From Clostridia bacterium (lineage in GTDB: Bacteria; Bacillota; Clostridia; Oscillospirales; SIG627): DNA of 57,442 nt. The DNA is taken from contig JAGDAA010000112.1 in the NCBI GenBank assembly GCA_017959745.1, positions 1 to 57,442 on the forward strand. The letters are read 5' to 3'. The notes below the pieces were generated by a model. That model saw nothing but the letters and a program-made list of their open reading frames with translations, ran no database searches and was not told where the DNA came from. The position numbers were made by a program, and so were the translations under genes. This document shows, piece by piece, positions 39,388-49,139 of this stretch (positions are counted from its first letter, which is position 1; each line of letters begins with the position of its first letter).

Positions 39388-41541
39388 TTACGCTTTGCCG
39401 CCCGCCGGGGTGGGGATGGTGCAGTAGGTATCGGTAATATAGGAGGAGGAGACCTGACGGATCTCGTTCTCCGCGTTCAGGAACGCCGATACCACCTTGG
39501 GATCGAAGTGGGCGCCGGCGCCCTTTTTGATGATATCCAGCGCCTGTTCCACAGGGAAAGGCTCCTTGTAGCTCCGGCGGGAGACCAGGGCGTCGAATAC
39601 GTCCGCCACCGCCATGATCCGGGCGGAAAGGGGAATGGATTCACCCTTGAGACCCTTGGGATAGCCGGAGCCGTCCCATTTTTCGTGGTGGTAATGCGCC
39701 AGGTTCCGGGCTTCCGCCAGGTAGCCGGAGCGCCAGTCCACCGTATCCATGGCGTGGGAAATGATTTCGCTTCCCTCGGTGGTGTGGGTCTTCATCAGCT
39801 CAAATTCTTCGTCGGTGAGCTTGCCCGGCTTGTTGAGGATGGCGTCGGGCACCTTGATCTTGCCCACGTCGTGGAGAGGCGCGGAGTTGGTAACGTTTTC
39901 GATGAATTCATCCGTGAGCTTGTCGGCATAGGAGCCGTCCCTCTTCATCTGCTCCGCGATGATGCGCACGTAGGCGGCGGTCTTCCGGACGTGGTCTCCC
40001 GTACACTGATCTCGGCTTTCCACCAAATCCGCCAAAACCAGGATCAGCCCGTTCTGGAGCTTCTGAACCTGGGCGGCGCGGTCCTGGGAGGTGGTGATGT
40101 AGTGGACCGTGTCTTCCGTGGTTTTCGCCAGGGCGTGGTAGAGGTTTTCTATTTCGTCCCCCGTATGGATGTCCAGGTTCCGGATGCGCTCCAGGACCTC
40201 CGCCCGGGATTTCTCCGTATCGTAGGCGAAGGATCCGGTGGCGCTGGCGATGGCGTTCACCGGCAGGACCACGCCCTCCGTGGCGACGTGCAGGCTGATG
40301 ACGAGGATGAGGATGAAGAAGCCCACGAACAGGGAGAGCGCCTTGGTCAGGAAGGAAAACTCCTCCGTGACCAGCCTGCCCATGGAGATATCCACGGCGG
40401 CGTAGCACACGCAGATGCCCTCGCTGTTGTAAACGGGCTCATAGACCGTCAGGAGCCAGCCGAAGGAATCGTTGGTGATCAGGGGATCGATGCGCTTGCC
40501 CATCATCAGGGCGCCTAAATAAGGCATAAAGGAATCATCAAATCCCACGACCTCGCCCGGCTTGCCGCCCTCCACTTCCTCCGTGTCCAGGTCGAAAACC
40601 ACGTGACAGCCGTCGGATTGGATCTGGTAGACGTACATATACTGAATGGAAGGGTAGCTGGCGCGGATGCCCTCCATCTTTTCCTCGGTCTCGGCGTAGC
40701 CCTCCGCGCTTTCCCCCTGTTTCAGGTAAAGCTCCACCTTCTCCGGATCGATCAGCCCCGCTTCCACCTTGGCGATGCCTTCGCCCAGGGCGGTCTGTTC
40801 ACTGATGGTGTTGCTGTGGTACAGAAGGACGCTGATGCCCACCGCCGCCGCGGCGGTGACCACAGTCGCCGCAGAGATGAGCAGAGCGGCTTTCCGGCGC
40901 AGGGACATACCGCCCCGCAGCTGTTCCCGGGGCGTTTTCATTCGGGGATCCTGCCCGAACAGAGGCAGGCGCTCCGTGACGTAGGCGGGCATAAAGCGCA
41001 GCGCCAGGTAGACGATCAGAACGGCGATGGCTTTATCCGCCAGATCGATCAAAATGTTGGCGATCAGTTGGGACCAGAAGGGGTCGGCGTTCACCCTGGC
41101 GCGCACCAGGTCTCCCAGGACCGTGGAGTTATCCTGCGCCCAGGAAAATCCGTTGATCATCCAGGTGAGCCCGGATCCGAGCACGCCGCCGATGAAGGCG
41201 AACACCAGGACGGCGAGCAGGGAGGTGCGGATCCTGGAGAAGGCTTTTCTGCGGTACATAAACGCCGCCGCCAGGGCGATGATGACGTTGAGAGAACCGT
41301 AATAAACGGAGGACTGATCCACAACGGCCCCCACCAGATTGGTAGCGAAACCAACGATGATTCCGGGGAGATAGCCGCCGGATACCGCCGCCAGGATGGT
41401 CCCTATGGCGTCAAAGAATAAAGGCAGGTGTAAAAGCTTGGCGAAGATGATCCCGAGAAGATTGATCAGAACGCCCCCCAGGCACACCCAAAAACCGACC
41501 CGCCATCCGACTTTTCTGCGAGGCAGGACTTGATCTGTCAT
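39388..41541 (-). CDS. membrane sensor HD-GYP domain protein (putative c-di-GMP phosphodiesterase)
   Basis: HDVGKIKVP and HHEKWDGSGYPKGL motifs. Polytopic N-terminal domain, periplasmic Cache-like region and HAMP-like linker. Confidence 0.85.
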   Translation of the reverse strand: MTDQVLPRRKVGWRVGFWVCLGGVLINLLGIIFAKLLHLPLFFDAIGTILAAVSGGYLPGIIVGFATNLVGAVVDQSSVYYGSLNVIIALAAAFMYRRKAFSRIRTSLLAVLVFAFIGGVLGSGLTWMINGFSWAQDNSTVLGDLVRARVNADPFWSQLIANILIDLADKAIAVLIVYLALRFMPAYVTERLPLFGQDPRMKTPREQLRGGMSLRRKAALLISAATVVTAAAAVGISVLLYHSNTISEQTALGEGIAKVEAGLIDPEKVELYLKQGESAEGYAETEEKMEGIRASYPSIQYMYVYQIQSDGCHVVFDLDTEEVEGGKPGEVVGFDDSFMPYLGALMMGKRIDPLITNDSFGWLLTVYEPVYNSEGICVCYAAVDISMGRLVTEEFSFLTKALSLFVGFFILILVISLHVATEGVVLPVNAIASATGSFAYDTEKSRAEVLERIRNLDIHTGDEIENLYHALAKTTEDTVHYITTSQDRAAQVQKLQNGLILVLADLVESRDQCTGDHVRKTAAYVRIIAEQMKRDGSYADKLTDEFIENVTNSAPLHDVGKIKVPDAILNKPGKLTDEEFELMKTHTTEGSEIISHAMDTVDWRSGYLAEARNLAHYHHEKWDGSGYPKGLKGESIPLSARIMAVADVFDALVSRRSYKEPFPVEQALDIIKKGAGAHFDPKVVSAFLNAENEIRQVSSSYITDTYCTIPTPAGGKA

Positions 41542-41563
41542 ATGCGTTTCCTCCGATTGCCGA

Positions 41564-43426
41564 TCAATTCGGCCACTTTTTTACGTTCGGTCGTCTGTCT
41601 TGACGCCCCGGTCCCGGCGGTCCGGGTTTTTTCGGGGCTTTTTCGGGGCGTCTCCCGACGGGAGTTGCCCGGTATCGTTCAGTCGGCTGCTGCCGACGGT
41701 TTGTCTGAATTGGCTGGCGCCCTTTCCCGGGAGACGCGGGACGTGAGGGAGGACGGCGCCGGGAAGAGAGGCGGTCGGTTGTTTTTCCCGGGCGGGGCGG
41801 CGCTTCCGTCGCGATGCGCCGGTATTTTTCAGGGACCCGCGCCACGGCTTTGCCGGAGCCTAAGACATCGCTCTGACCGGAGAAGACGCGATAGCCTTCC
41901 CGGACGGCGCTGCGCGCCCGGCGCAGGGTACGCTGTGCGCGTTCCCGTTCCGTGCGTCTGACTTCCCGCAGGCGGCGGTTTTCACGCTCCTCCATTTCCC
42001 GTATGACCTGCCGGCGCTCCTTGGTATTCCGGAGATACTGGACGTACACAGTGCCGATGAGGACGACAAGATACAGGGCGGCGCTGGAAATGACGATGAT
42101 GAGAAAAACCCGGGCGGGACCCGCGGAGAAAAAGCGTATTACGTTGTCCGCCACCTGGAGAAAACGGGAAATGGAAACGTTGGCCTGCGCCACCAGATCC
42201 ACGGTTCCCAGCTTTTCTTCGCCCCAGTACAGATCCGCTTCCCCGTATTTATTCCCCTTGAGAATGGGCGCGTCCAGGGAATCTCCGTCCGTGCGGATCT
42301 CCGTGCGGATATCCTCCTTCACGTTCACGCTCTTGGGGAGCAGGGCTTTCAGATCGGATCCGGTCAACAGGACGGTGTGATCCAATCCGCCCGAAAGGCG
42401 CACCTTGCGCTCGCAGACGACGGTCTCCTTTTCCACGACCTTCACCACGGCGTATTCGTTCCGCGCCCAGTCCAGAAGGCGCGCCGCGTCCCGGTAAGTG
42501 GAGAGCTGAGAGCCGTTCTGATTTTCGCTCAGGTCCGATCCCCCCGCCAGGAGGACGAAGGTGTTCGCCTCCCCGGATTCCCGGGAGGTGGCGCAGACGT
42601 ATCCCGCCATCACGGTGCCCCCCGCGACGAAGCCCCTGGCGCCGTTCACCATATAATCGGTCACGTAGCTGTAGGGGATCAGGGCGTTCCGGTTGGTAAA
42701 GACCCGCTCTTCGGAAAGATTGGTGGCGGGGATGGAGCCGCGCTCTTCGGAAGAGAGCGTCATATAATCGTTGATCCGGTACAGGGTCCGGCACAGGATC
42801 AGTGTGTCTCGCAGAGTGGTGTGCATCACGGCGGAATCCACCCCGGTGGGATTGCTGTAATAGGTGTTCTCCATGCCCAGCTCTTCCGCCCGGGCGTTCA
42901 TACGCTCCACAAAGGCGGAGATACTGCCGCCCACGGCGCCGGCGACGACCAGGGCGGCGTCGTTGGCGTTGTATACGACCAGCCCTTTCAGAAGAGAGTC
43001 CAGATCCAGCTCTTCCCCGGCTTTCAGGCGCAGCCCGATGCCGGAGGCGTCGGAAATCATTTCTTCCGTGACCGTGACAGGCACGTTTCCCGCGTCCCGG
43101 CGGTATTCAAAGCCCAGAAGGGCGGTCATCAGTTTGGTAAAGCTCGCGGGGGCGATGACGGCGTCGGCGCCCTTGTCCAGGAGCGTTTTTTCAAAATTCA
43201 GGTCGTAGCACAGGGCATAGGTACAGTTGACTTCCGGATGGCTGACGGCGTTCGCCTCCACGGGAACGGCTAAGTTCGCCGGCGCCTGCTCCGGCTGCGT
43301 CTGTTCCGGAGCCGGCTGTTCCGGCGCGGTCTGCTCCGGCTCCGCCCGGGCAACAAGGCAGGACCCCGGCAGCGAAAACAACGCCGCCAGGAGCAGGGCT
43401 GCGATTCTCCGTCCTGTCTGTCTCAT
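41564..43426 (-). CDS. D-alanyl-D-alanine carboxypeptidase (S11, PBP5-like) with a TM helix and arginine-rich cytoplasmic tail
   Basis: SFTK (SxxK) in APASFTKLMTALLG and YSNPTG (SxN). Signal peptide with PEQ repeats; 155-aa basic tail. Confidence 0.8.
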   Translation of the reverse strand: MRQTGRRIAALLLAALFSLPGSCLVARAEPEQTAPEQPAPEQTQPEQAPANLAVPVEANAVSHPEVNCTYALCYDLNFEKTLLDKGADAVIAPASFTKLMTALLGFEYRRDAGNVPVTVTEEMISDASGIGLRLKAGEELDLDSLLKGLVVYNANDAALVVAGAVGGSISAFVERMNARAEELGMENTYYSNPTGVDSAVMHTTLRDTLILCRTLYRINDYMTLSSEERGSIPATNLSEERVFTNRNALIPYSYVTDYMVNGARGFVAGGTVMAGYVCATSRESGEANTFVLLAGGSDLSENQNGSQLSTYRDAARLLDWARNEYAVVKVVEKETVVCERKVRLSGGLDHTVLLTGSDLKALLPKSVNVKEDIRTEIRTDGDSLDAPILKGNKYGEADLYWGEEKLGTVDLVAQANVSISRFLQVADNVIRFFSAGPARVFLIIVISSAALYLVVLIGTVYVQYLRNTKERRQVIREMEERENRRLREVRRTERERAQRTLRRARSAVREGYRVFSGQSDVLGSGKAVARVPEKYRRIATEAPPRPGKTTDRLSSRRRPPSRPASPGKGRQPIQTNRRQQPTERYRATPVGRRPEKAPKKPGPPGPGRQDRRPNVKKWPN

Positions 43427-43446
43427 ATGTCAATCCATTCGTGTTT

Positions 43447-44379
43447 TCAGATTCGGTTTCGGCGCGCGGTCAGGATCTCTTTGGCGCGGCGGGTGTCCCG
43501 CCCGATCTGGTCCCGCAGGGCGTCCATATTCTCAAAGCGCGTTTCCGGACGCAGGAAGGCGCAGAAGCGGACCGTGGCGACCAATCCGTACAAATTGCCG
43601 GAAAAATCGAAGAGGTGGGTCTCGGCGGTATCGACACCGTTTTCCTCCACGGTGGGCCGGCGCCCCACGTTGCAAACGCCGTCGTAGCACTTGCCTTCGA
43701 TGACCGCCTGCACGGCGTAGACCCCCCGGCGGGGGATCACGTAGTCAGCGGGGTAGATCTGGTTGATGGTGGGGAAGCCCATTTTCCGCCCCAGGCGGTT
43801 GCCGCCCGCCACGGGGAAGCGGATGAAGTAGGGGCGCCCCAGCATGGCTTCGGCGTCCTCCGGACGGCCGTCCTTCAGGGCGGCGCGGACGCGGGTGGAG
43901 GAGATGGGCTCGTTTTTCCACAGGACCGGGGGCACGATCAAAACCTGCGCTCCCGCCGCCTCCATTTCACGCCGCAGGTCCTCCGGAGTCCCGGCGCCGT
44001 TTTTTCCGAAGCGGAAATTGAAACCGCAAATGACTTCCTTCGCGTCTAATTCGCCTAAAAGGACGTCCCGGCAGAAAGCGGCGGGGGAAAGGTCCCGCAC
44101 CCGGGTGAAATCCTCCTCCACCAGGGTGGAAACGCCCCGTTCCTCCAAAAGCTCCGCCTTATCCTCCGGGGAGAGGATACTGTCCCCGGCGTGGCCGGGG
44201 AAGAATTTTTCCGGGTGGCGGGCAAAGGTCCACGCCACGTCTGTCAATTCATTCCGCGCCGCCTCGGACAGGCAGGCGTCCAGAATCGCCTGATGCCCCC
44301 GGTGGATGCCGTCAAAATTCCCCAGGCACAAACAGGTGTTTTTCAGTTTCTGTCCGCCCGGGACGCGCCGGATAGCCAT
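43447..44379 (-). CDS. ribF: bifunctional riboflavin kinase / FAD synthetase
   Basis: LGNFDGIHRGHQ, GFNFRFG, and the C-terminal kinase motifs PTIN and ETHLFDF. Confidence 0.9.
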   Translation of the reverse strand: MAIRRVPGGQKLKNTCLCLGNFDGIHRGHQAILDACLSEAARNELTDVAWTFARHPEKFFPGHAGDSILSPEDKAELLEERGVSTLVEEDFTRVRDLSPAAFCRDVLLGELDAKEVICGFNFRFGKNGAGTPEDLRREMEAAGAQVLIVPPVLWKNEPISSTRVRAALKDGRPEDAEAMLGRPYFIRFPVAGGNRLGRKMGFPTINQIYPADYVIPRRGVYAVQAVIEGKCYDGVCNVGRRPTVEENGVDTAETHLFDFSGNLYGLVATVRFCAFLRPETRFENMDALRDQIGRDTRRAKEILTARRNRI

Positions 44380-44388
44380 GGAACCCCG

Positions 44389-44901
44389 TTACACCTCCTC
44401 GGCGAAGGTCACGCGCGCCATGCGCATTTCCCGCAGGGGCCGGTCGGAAAAATCCGTCTCCGTTTCGGCGATGCGGTCCACCCCCTCCATTCCGGCGACC
44501 ACTTTGCCGAAAGCGGCGTACTGACCGTCCAGATGGGGGGCGTCCCGGTGCATGATGAAAAACTGGCTTCCCGCGGAATCCGCCGCCATGGACCGCGCCA
44601 TAGACAGAACCCCCCGGGTGTGTTTCAAGTCGTTATAAACGCCGTTGCGGGTAAACTCGCCCTTGATGGTCCAGCCGGGTCCCCCGGTGCCGGTGCCCGT
44701 GGGGTCGCCTCCCTGGATCATAAAGCCGGGGATCACCCGGTGAAAGATCAAGCCGTCGTAGAAGCCCTTTTCCACCAGCTTCTTGAAATTATCCACGGTG
44801 ATGGGGGCCTTGTCGGGGTAAAGCTCCGCGATGATCTCGTCCCCGTTTTCCATTTCGATCCGGACAAGATCCGTTCTGGTTTTCGTGATGCGGTATGCCA
44901 T
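44389..44901 (-). CDS. ppiB: cyclophilin-type peptidyl-prolyl isomerase (cytoplasmic)
   Basis: FHRVIPGFMIQGGDPTGTGTGGPG and SAGSQFFI. Confidence 0.9.
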   Translation of the reverse strand: MAYRITKTRTDLVRIEMENGDEIIAELYPDKAPITVDNFKKLVEKGFYDGLIFHRVIPGFMIQGGDPTGTGTGGPGWTIKGEFTRNGVYNDLKHTRGVLSMARSMAADSAGSQFFIMHRDAPHLDGQYAAFGKVVAGMEGVDRIAETETDFSDRPLREMRMARVTFAEEV

Positions 44902-45500
44902 CAGAGAGACCCTCCTTCCACAAAGTAAACTTTTTCTATGACCACCGGTGATACGGGCTTGTTGGCGGTGCCTGTTTTCACCGCGGCGATCTTATCCACC
45001 ACGTCCAAGCCCGCCGTCACCTTGCCGAAGGCGGCGTATTGACCGTCCAGAGAGGGGTAGTCCACGTGCATGATGAAGAACTGGCTCCCCGCGGAATCGT
45101 AGGGGTAGGACTGGCGCGCCATGGACAAAACGCCCCGGGTGTGCTTCAAATCGTTTTTCACGCCGTTGGCGGCGAACTCCCCTTTGATGGTCCAGCCCGG
45201 TCCGCCGGTTCCGTTTCCGTTGGGGCAGCCGCCCTGAATCATGAAGCCGGGGATGACCCGGTGGAAGGTGAGCCCGTCATAGAAACCCTGTCCCACCAGC
45301 TTTTTGAAATTCTCCACGGTGATGGGGGCGATATCGGGATACAGCTCCACCACGATGGAGCCGAAGTCCTTTACGTCTATGCGGACAAAGTTGGTGGTGC
45401 CTTCCGAATCGCTCTCTTTTTTTTCACCGGCGCATCCCGCCAGGGACAGGCACGCGGTGAGGGCGCACAGCGCCAGCAAAACGGCAACGATCCTTTTCAT
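44901..45500 (-). CDS. cyclophilin-type peptidyl-prolyl isomerase, lipoprotein paralogue
   Basis: Lipobox SLAGC. FHRVIPGFMIQGGCPNGNGTGGPG. Its stop shares 1 nt with the ppiB start. Confidence 0.85.
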   Translation of the reverse strand: MKRIVAVLLALCALTACLSLAGCAGEKKESDSEGTTNFVRIDVKDFGSIVVELYPDIAPITVENFKKLVGQGFYDGLTFHRVIPGFMIQGGCPNGNGTGGPGWTIKGEFAANGVKNDLKHTRGVLSMARQSYPYDSAGSQFFIMHVDYPSLDGQYAAFGKVTAGLDVVDKIAAVKTGTANKPVSPVVIEKVYFVEGGSL

Positions 45501-45832
45501 CGGTAATACTTGAAGTAGCAGACGATACTTCTCTCCCTTCCGGAAATTTCATCAAAGCCTGTGAAGATGACCCCGTCGTGGCTCATGAGTTCGCCGCTCC
45601 GGACGTCCTCGTCCCGGCACTTGAAGATGCTTTCTGTTTCTGCGTTTACGAACACGTATCCCGCGTCCACGCAGATATAGGCGTCCCGGGTGAGGACCGC
45701 CTCCCCGGATTCCCGCCGCTCCGTCACACATTTGAGGAGCTTTCTGTCATACCGCGCCGCAGCCTCCCGCCGGTACCCGGGGGAATCGTAATAGCGTTTC
45801 GGAAACAATTTCCTGTATATCCTTTTAATCAT
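45497..45832 (-). CDS. hypothetical 111-aa protein, possibly translated from a leaderless mRNA
   Basis: ATG 45832 lies 7 nt downstream of a TATAGT -10. The track start at 45868 is the TTG of the -35 hexamer. ATGA overlap with the next gene. Confidence 0.5.
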   Translation of the reverse strand: MIKRIYRKLFPKRYYDSPGYRREAAARYDRKLLKCVTERRESGEAVLTRDAYICVDAGYVFVNAETESIFKCRDEDVRSGELMSHDGVIFTGFDEISGRERSIVCYFKYYR

Positions 45833-45839
45833 AAAAGAT

Positions 45840-45868
45840 ACTATACCAAAAAATGCGTTCCGTGTCAA
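45840..45868 (-). promoter_or_regulatory. sigma-A promoter abutting the start codon
   Basis: Reverse strand reads TTGACA-17 nt-TATAGT-7 nt-ATG. Confidence 0.55.
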
Positions 45869-45957
45869 GTTTCCGGGCGGTGTTTTTCGTTGGTCAAGCC
45901 TCCGGGATCCACCGGGAAAAAAGGTTGTAAAAAAACAGTAAAAAAACGTCGTGTTCC

Positions 45958-45986
45958 TTGACTTTTTCCGTAAAAAACTGTAAGAT
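45958..45986 (+). promoter_or_regulatory. sigma-A promoter of potABCD
   Basis: TTGACT-17 nt-TAAGAT. Confidence 0.55.
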
Positions 45987-46062
45987 AAATTGATTATGTG
46001 TGTTCATAGGGGAAAAGCGTTTTTTTCGCGGAATCGCACCCCCTGCGAGAGGAGGAGGATAC

Positions 46063-47472
46063 ATGGAAAACACTGCCCGGGAGGGGTCTGTTCTCGTCCG
46101 TCTGGAACAGCTTTGCAAGTCCTATGACGGGGAGCAGATCCTGAAAAGCGTCGATCTGACGATCAAAGATAAACAGTTCGTGACGCTTCTGGGTCCGTCC
46201 GGCTGCGGGAAGACTACCATTCTGCGGTGCATCGCGGGGTTCGAGACGCCGAATTCCGGTACGGTTTTCTTCGAGGGAAAACCTATGAACGACGTGCCGC
46301 CCCATCTTCGGCCGGTGAATACCGTCTTTCAGAAATACGCCCTGTTCCCCCATCTGAACGTGTTTGACAACGTCGCCTTCGGGCTCAGGATCCGCAAGGT
46401 GCCGGAAAAGGAGATCCGGAAAAAGGTCCTGAATATGCTGGCGATGGTGGATCTGAAGGGATATGAAAAACGCCCCGTGTCAAAGCTTTCCGGCGGCCAG
46501 CAGCAGCGTGTCGCCATTGCCCGGGCGCTTGTGAATATGCCCCGCCTTTTGCTCCTGGATGAGCCGTTGGGCGCGCTGGATCTGAAGCTGCGCAAGGATA
46601 TGCAGCTGGAGCTTCGGAACATCCATAAGCAGGCGGATACCACTTTCCTGTACGTAACCCACGACCAGGAGGAAGCCCTCACCATGAGCGATATGATCGT
46701 GGTGATGAAATCCGGCACCATCCAGCAGATCGGCTCGCCTCAGGACGTTTACAACGAGCCTGCCAACGCCTTTGTGGCGGATTTCATCGGCGAGGCGAAT
46801 ATCTTTGACGCGGCGATGCCCCGGGACGAAAGAGTCGTTTTCAGCGGGGCGGAGTTCGTTTGCGTGGACAAAAAGCCCGCGCGGCTGGTGGACGTGGTGG
46901 TCCGTCCGGAGGACGTGGAGGTGGTCTCCCCCTTTGACGGGACCGTCGCCGGGGAGGTCCTGGCAAGCCTTTTCAAGGGCGTACATTACGAAATGACCGT
47001 CCAGGTGGGCGAGGATCAGTGGATCATCCATTCCACCCGCACCTGCAAGGTGGGCGAGGTGGTGGGACTGCGGGTCGCCCCCGAAAACATCCACGTGATG
47101 AAAAAGATGTTTCCCACCTCCGAAAATGAAGTGGACGCCGTCATCACCGGTAAGACCGATGAGACCGGTAAGAACATCGTTTCCTTCGACGGGGAAGAGT
47201 TTCCCGTCTCCGCCCCCGGAGAGGGGGGACAGACGGTTACCCTCACCCTTTCTCCCGACGATATCGAGCTTTGCGCCGAGGACGAAGGCGTCTTTTCCGG
47301 CGTTCTGGACAGCGTGGTGTGGAAGAGCAATCACTATGAAATGATCCTGGTGGCGCAGAACCGCCGCTGGCTCATCCGCTCCCAGGTGGATGAACAGGCG
47401 GGCGCCGTCGTGGGCATCCGCTTCGATCCGGCAAAACTTCGCGTCCCGCAGGCGGGAGGGGAAGAGCAATGA
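46063..47472 (+). CDS. potA: spermidine/putrescine ABC transporter ATPase with two C-terminal TOBE-like domains
   Basis: Walker A GPSGCGKTT, signature LSGGQQQRVAIARAL and Walker B LLLLDEP. Start at ATG 46063, after GGAGGAGGA. Confidence 0.9.
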   Translation: MENTAREGSVLVRLEQLCKSYDGEQILKSVDLTIKDKQFVTLLGPSGCGKTTILRCIAGFETPNSGTVFFEGKPMNDVPPHLRPVNTVFQKYALFPHLNVFDNVAFGLRIRKVPEKEIRKKVLNMLAMVDLKGYEKRPVSKLSGGQQQRVAIARALVNMPRLLLLDEPLGALDLKLRKDMQLELRNIHKQADTTFLYVTHDQEEALTMSDMIVVMKSGTIQQIGSPQDVYNEPANAFVADFIGEANIFDAAMPRDERVVFSGAEFVCVDKKPARLVDVVVRPEDVEVVSPFDGTVAGEVLASLFKGVHYEMTVQVGEDQWIIHSTRTCKVGEVVGLRVAPENIHVMKKMFPTSENEVDAVITGKTDETGKNIVSFDGEEFPVSAPGEGGQTVTLTLSPDDIELCAEDEGVFSGVLDSVVWKSNHYEMILVAQNRRWLIRSQVDEQAGAVVGIRFDPAKLRVPQAGGEEQ

Positions 47473-48296
47473 AGTCCAAAAAGCCCCTGATTCCGTATCT
47501 GATCTGGATGGCGATCTTTGTGGTCATCCCCCTGGGAATGATCATTGTGAACGCCTTTACGGACAAAAGCGGCGCGTTCACCCTGGAGAACCTGGACCGC
47601 ATTTTCTTCAAGGATCCCACCCTGCGCTACAATTTCCTCAATTCCCTGCGGGTGGCGCTGATCTCCACGGCGCTGTGTCTGGTGCTGGCGTACCCGATCG
47701 CCCTGATTATGGCGCGGCAAAAACCCAGTACCCAAAGGCTGCTGCACTTTCTCATTATGCTGCCTATGTGGATGAACTTCGTTCTCCGCATTTGCTCCTG
47801 GCTCCTGGTCCTTCAGCCCGACGGCATCCTGGACGTTTTTCTCCGGAACGTGGGCATCTTGTCCCCGGGGGAGTCCAACCCCGTCTATATGACGGAGACC
47901 GCCGTGATCCTGGGGATCGTCTACAACTACCTGCCCTTTATGATCCTGCCCATCTATACCACCGTCGCCAAGATCCCTCAATCCCTGTACGAGGCGGGGG
48001 CGGATCTGGGCTGCAGCCGGTGGAAGGTCCTGTGCAAGATCGTGTTCCCCCTGTCCGTGCCGGGGGTCATTTCCGGACTGACTATGGTGTTCGTACCCGC
48101 TATGTCATCCTTCGTCATCAGTATGAAGCTGGGCGGGTTTGCCCTGATGGGGGATATTATTGACAACTACTACAAGGGAACCGGCGGCGATCCCCATCTG
48201 GGCGCCGCGGTCTCCATCGTCCTCATGTTCTTCATCATCCTGTCCATCGCGCTGATGAACCGCTTTGACAAGGATGACGACGTGGTTTTGGCGTAG
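47469..48296 (+). CDS. potB: spermidine/putrescine ABC transporter permease
   Basis: Six-TM permease with EAA-like loop LYEAGADLGCSRWKVLCKIVFPL. ATGA overlap with potA. Confidence 0.85.
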   Translation: MKSKKPLIPYLIWMAIFVVIPLGMIIVNAFTDKSGAFTLENLDRIFFKDPTLRYNFLNSLRVALISTALCLVLAYPIALIMARQKPSTQRLLHFLIMLPMWMNFVLRICSWLLVLQPDGILDVFLRNVGILSPGESNPVYMTETAVILGIVYNYLPFMILPIYTTVAKIPQSLYEAGADLGCSRWKVLCKIVFPLSVPGVISGLTMVFVPAMSSFVISMKLGGFALMGDIIDNYYKGTGGDPHLGAAVSIVLMFFIILSIALMNRFDKDDDVVLA

Positions 48297-48305
48297 GGGG
48301 GCGGT

Positions 48306-49100
48306 ATGATGAGAAAATCCTTGTCCTGGCTGTATTTGGGGCTGGTCTTCCTGTTCCTGTACGCGCCGATCCTCATTATGATCATCCTCTCCTTCAACGG
48401 CAGTCACAACATCACCGTTTGGGGCGGGTTTTCCCTGCAGAATTATGAGAATCTGCTTCATAAGCAGAAGGCGATCGAATCCCTGTGGAACTCCTTGTTC
48501 ATCGCCCTTCTGTCATCCCTGGGATCCTGTGTTCTGGGCACGCTGGCAAGCATCGGCCTGAACAATCTCAAAAAGAGCCGGAGCCTGGTGATGAATATCT
48601 CCAATCTGCCCATCATCAACCCGGAGATCGTCACCGGCGTCTCTCTGATGCTCATTTTCAGCTTTCTGTTTTCCGGCACCATCGGGCTGGGCTTTCACAC
48701 GGTCCTGCTGGCGCACATCGTTTTCAACACCCCTTACGTGATCCTGAACGTGATGCCCCGGCTCCGCCGTATGGATCAGAATCTGTACGAGGCGGCGCTG
48801 GATCTGGGGTGCCGTCCGGTCCGCGCTCTGTGGCAGGTGGTTATGCCGGAACTGTTTCCCGCCATCCTGTCCGGCTTTCTCATTTCCTTCACCTACTCTA
48901 TGGATGACTTTATCATCAGCTACTATACCGGCGGCACCTTCCAGACCTTCTCCGTTTTCATCTACAACAGCTTGAAGAAGGGGCCTCAGGACTGGATGCT
49001 GGCGCTGTCCGGGCTGTTGTTCGTGGCGGTCCTTTCTATTCTGATCATTATGAACGTTCACGATATCCGTCAGGAAAAACGAGAGGCAAGAAACGCCTGA
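48306..49100 (+). CDS. potC: spermidine/putrescine ABC transporter permease
   Basis: EAA-like loop LYEAALDLGCRPVRALWQVVMP. Confidence 0.85.
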   Translation: MMRKSLSWLYLGLVFLFLYAPILIMIILSFNGSHNITVWGGFSLQNYENLLHKQKAIESLWNSLFIALLSSLGSCVLGTLASIGLNNLKKSRSLVMNISNLPIINPEIVTGVSLMLIFSFLFSGTIGLGFHTVLLAHIVFNTPYVILNVMPRLRRMDQNLYEAALDLGCRPVRALWQVVMPELFPAILSGFLISFTYSMDDFIISYYTGGTFQTFSVFIYNSLKKGPQDWMLALSGLLFVAVLSILIIMNVHDIRQEKREARNA

Positions 49101-49139
49101 CCCGTTTCCCATAAAAAGCAAAAAAAGGAGACTACTGCA

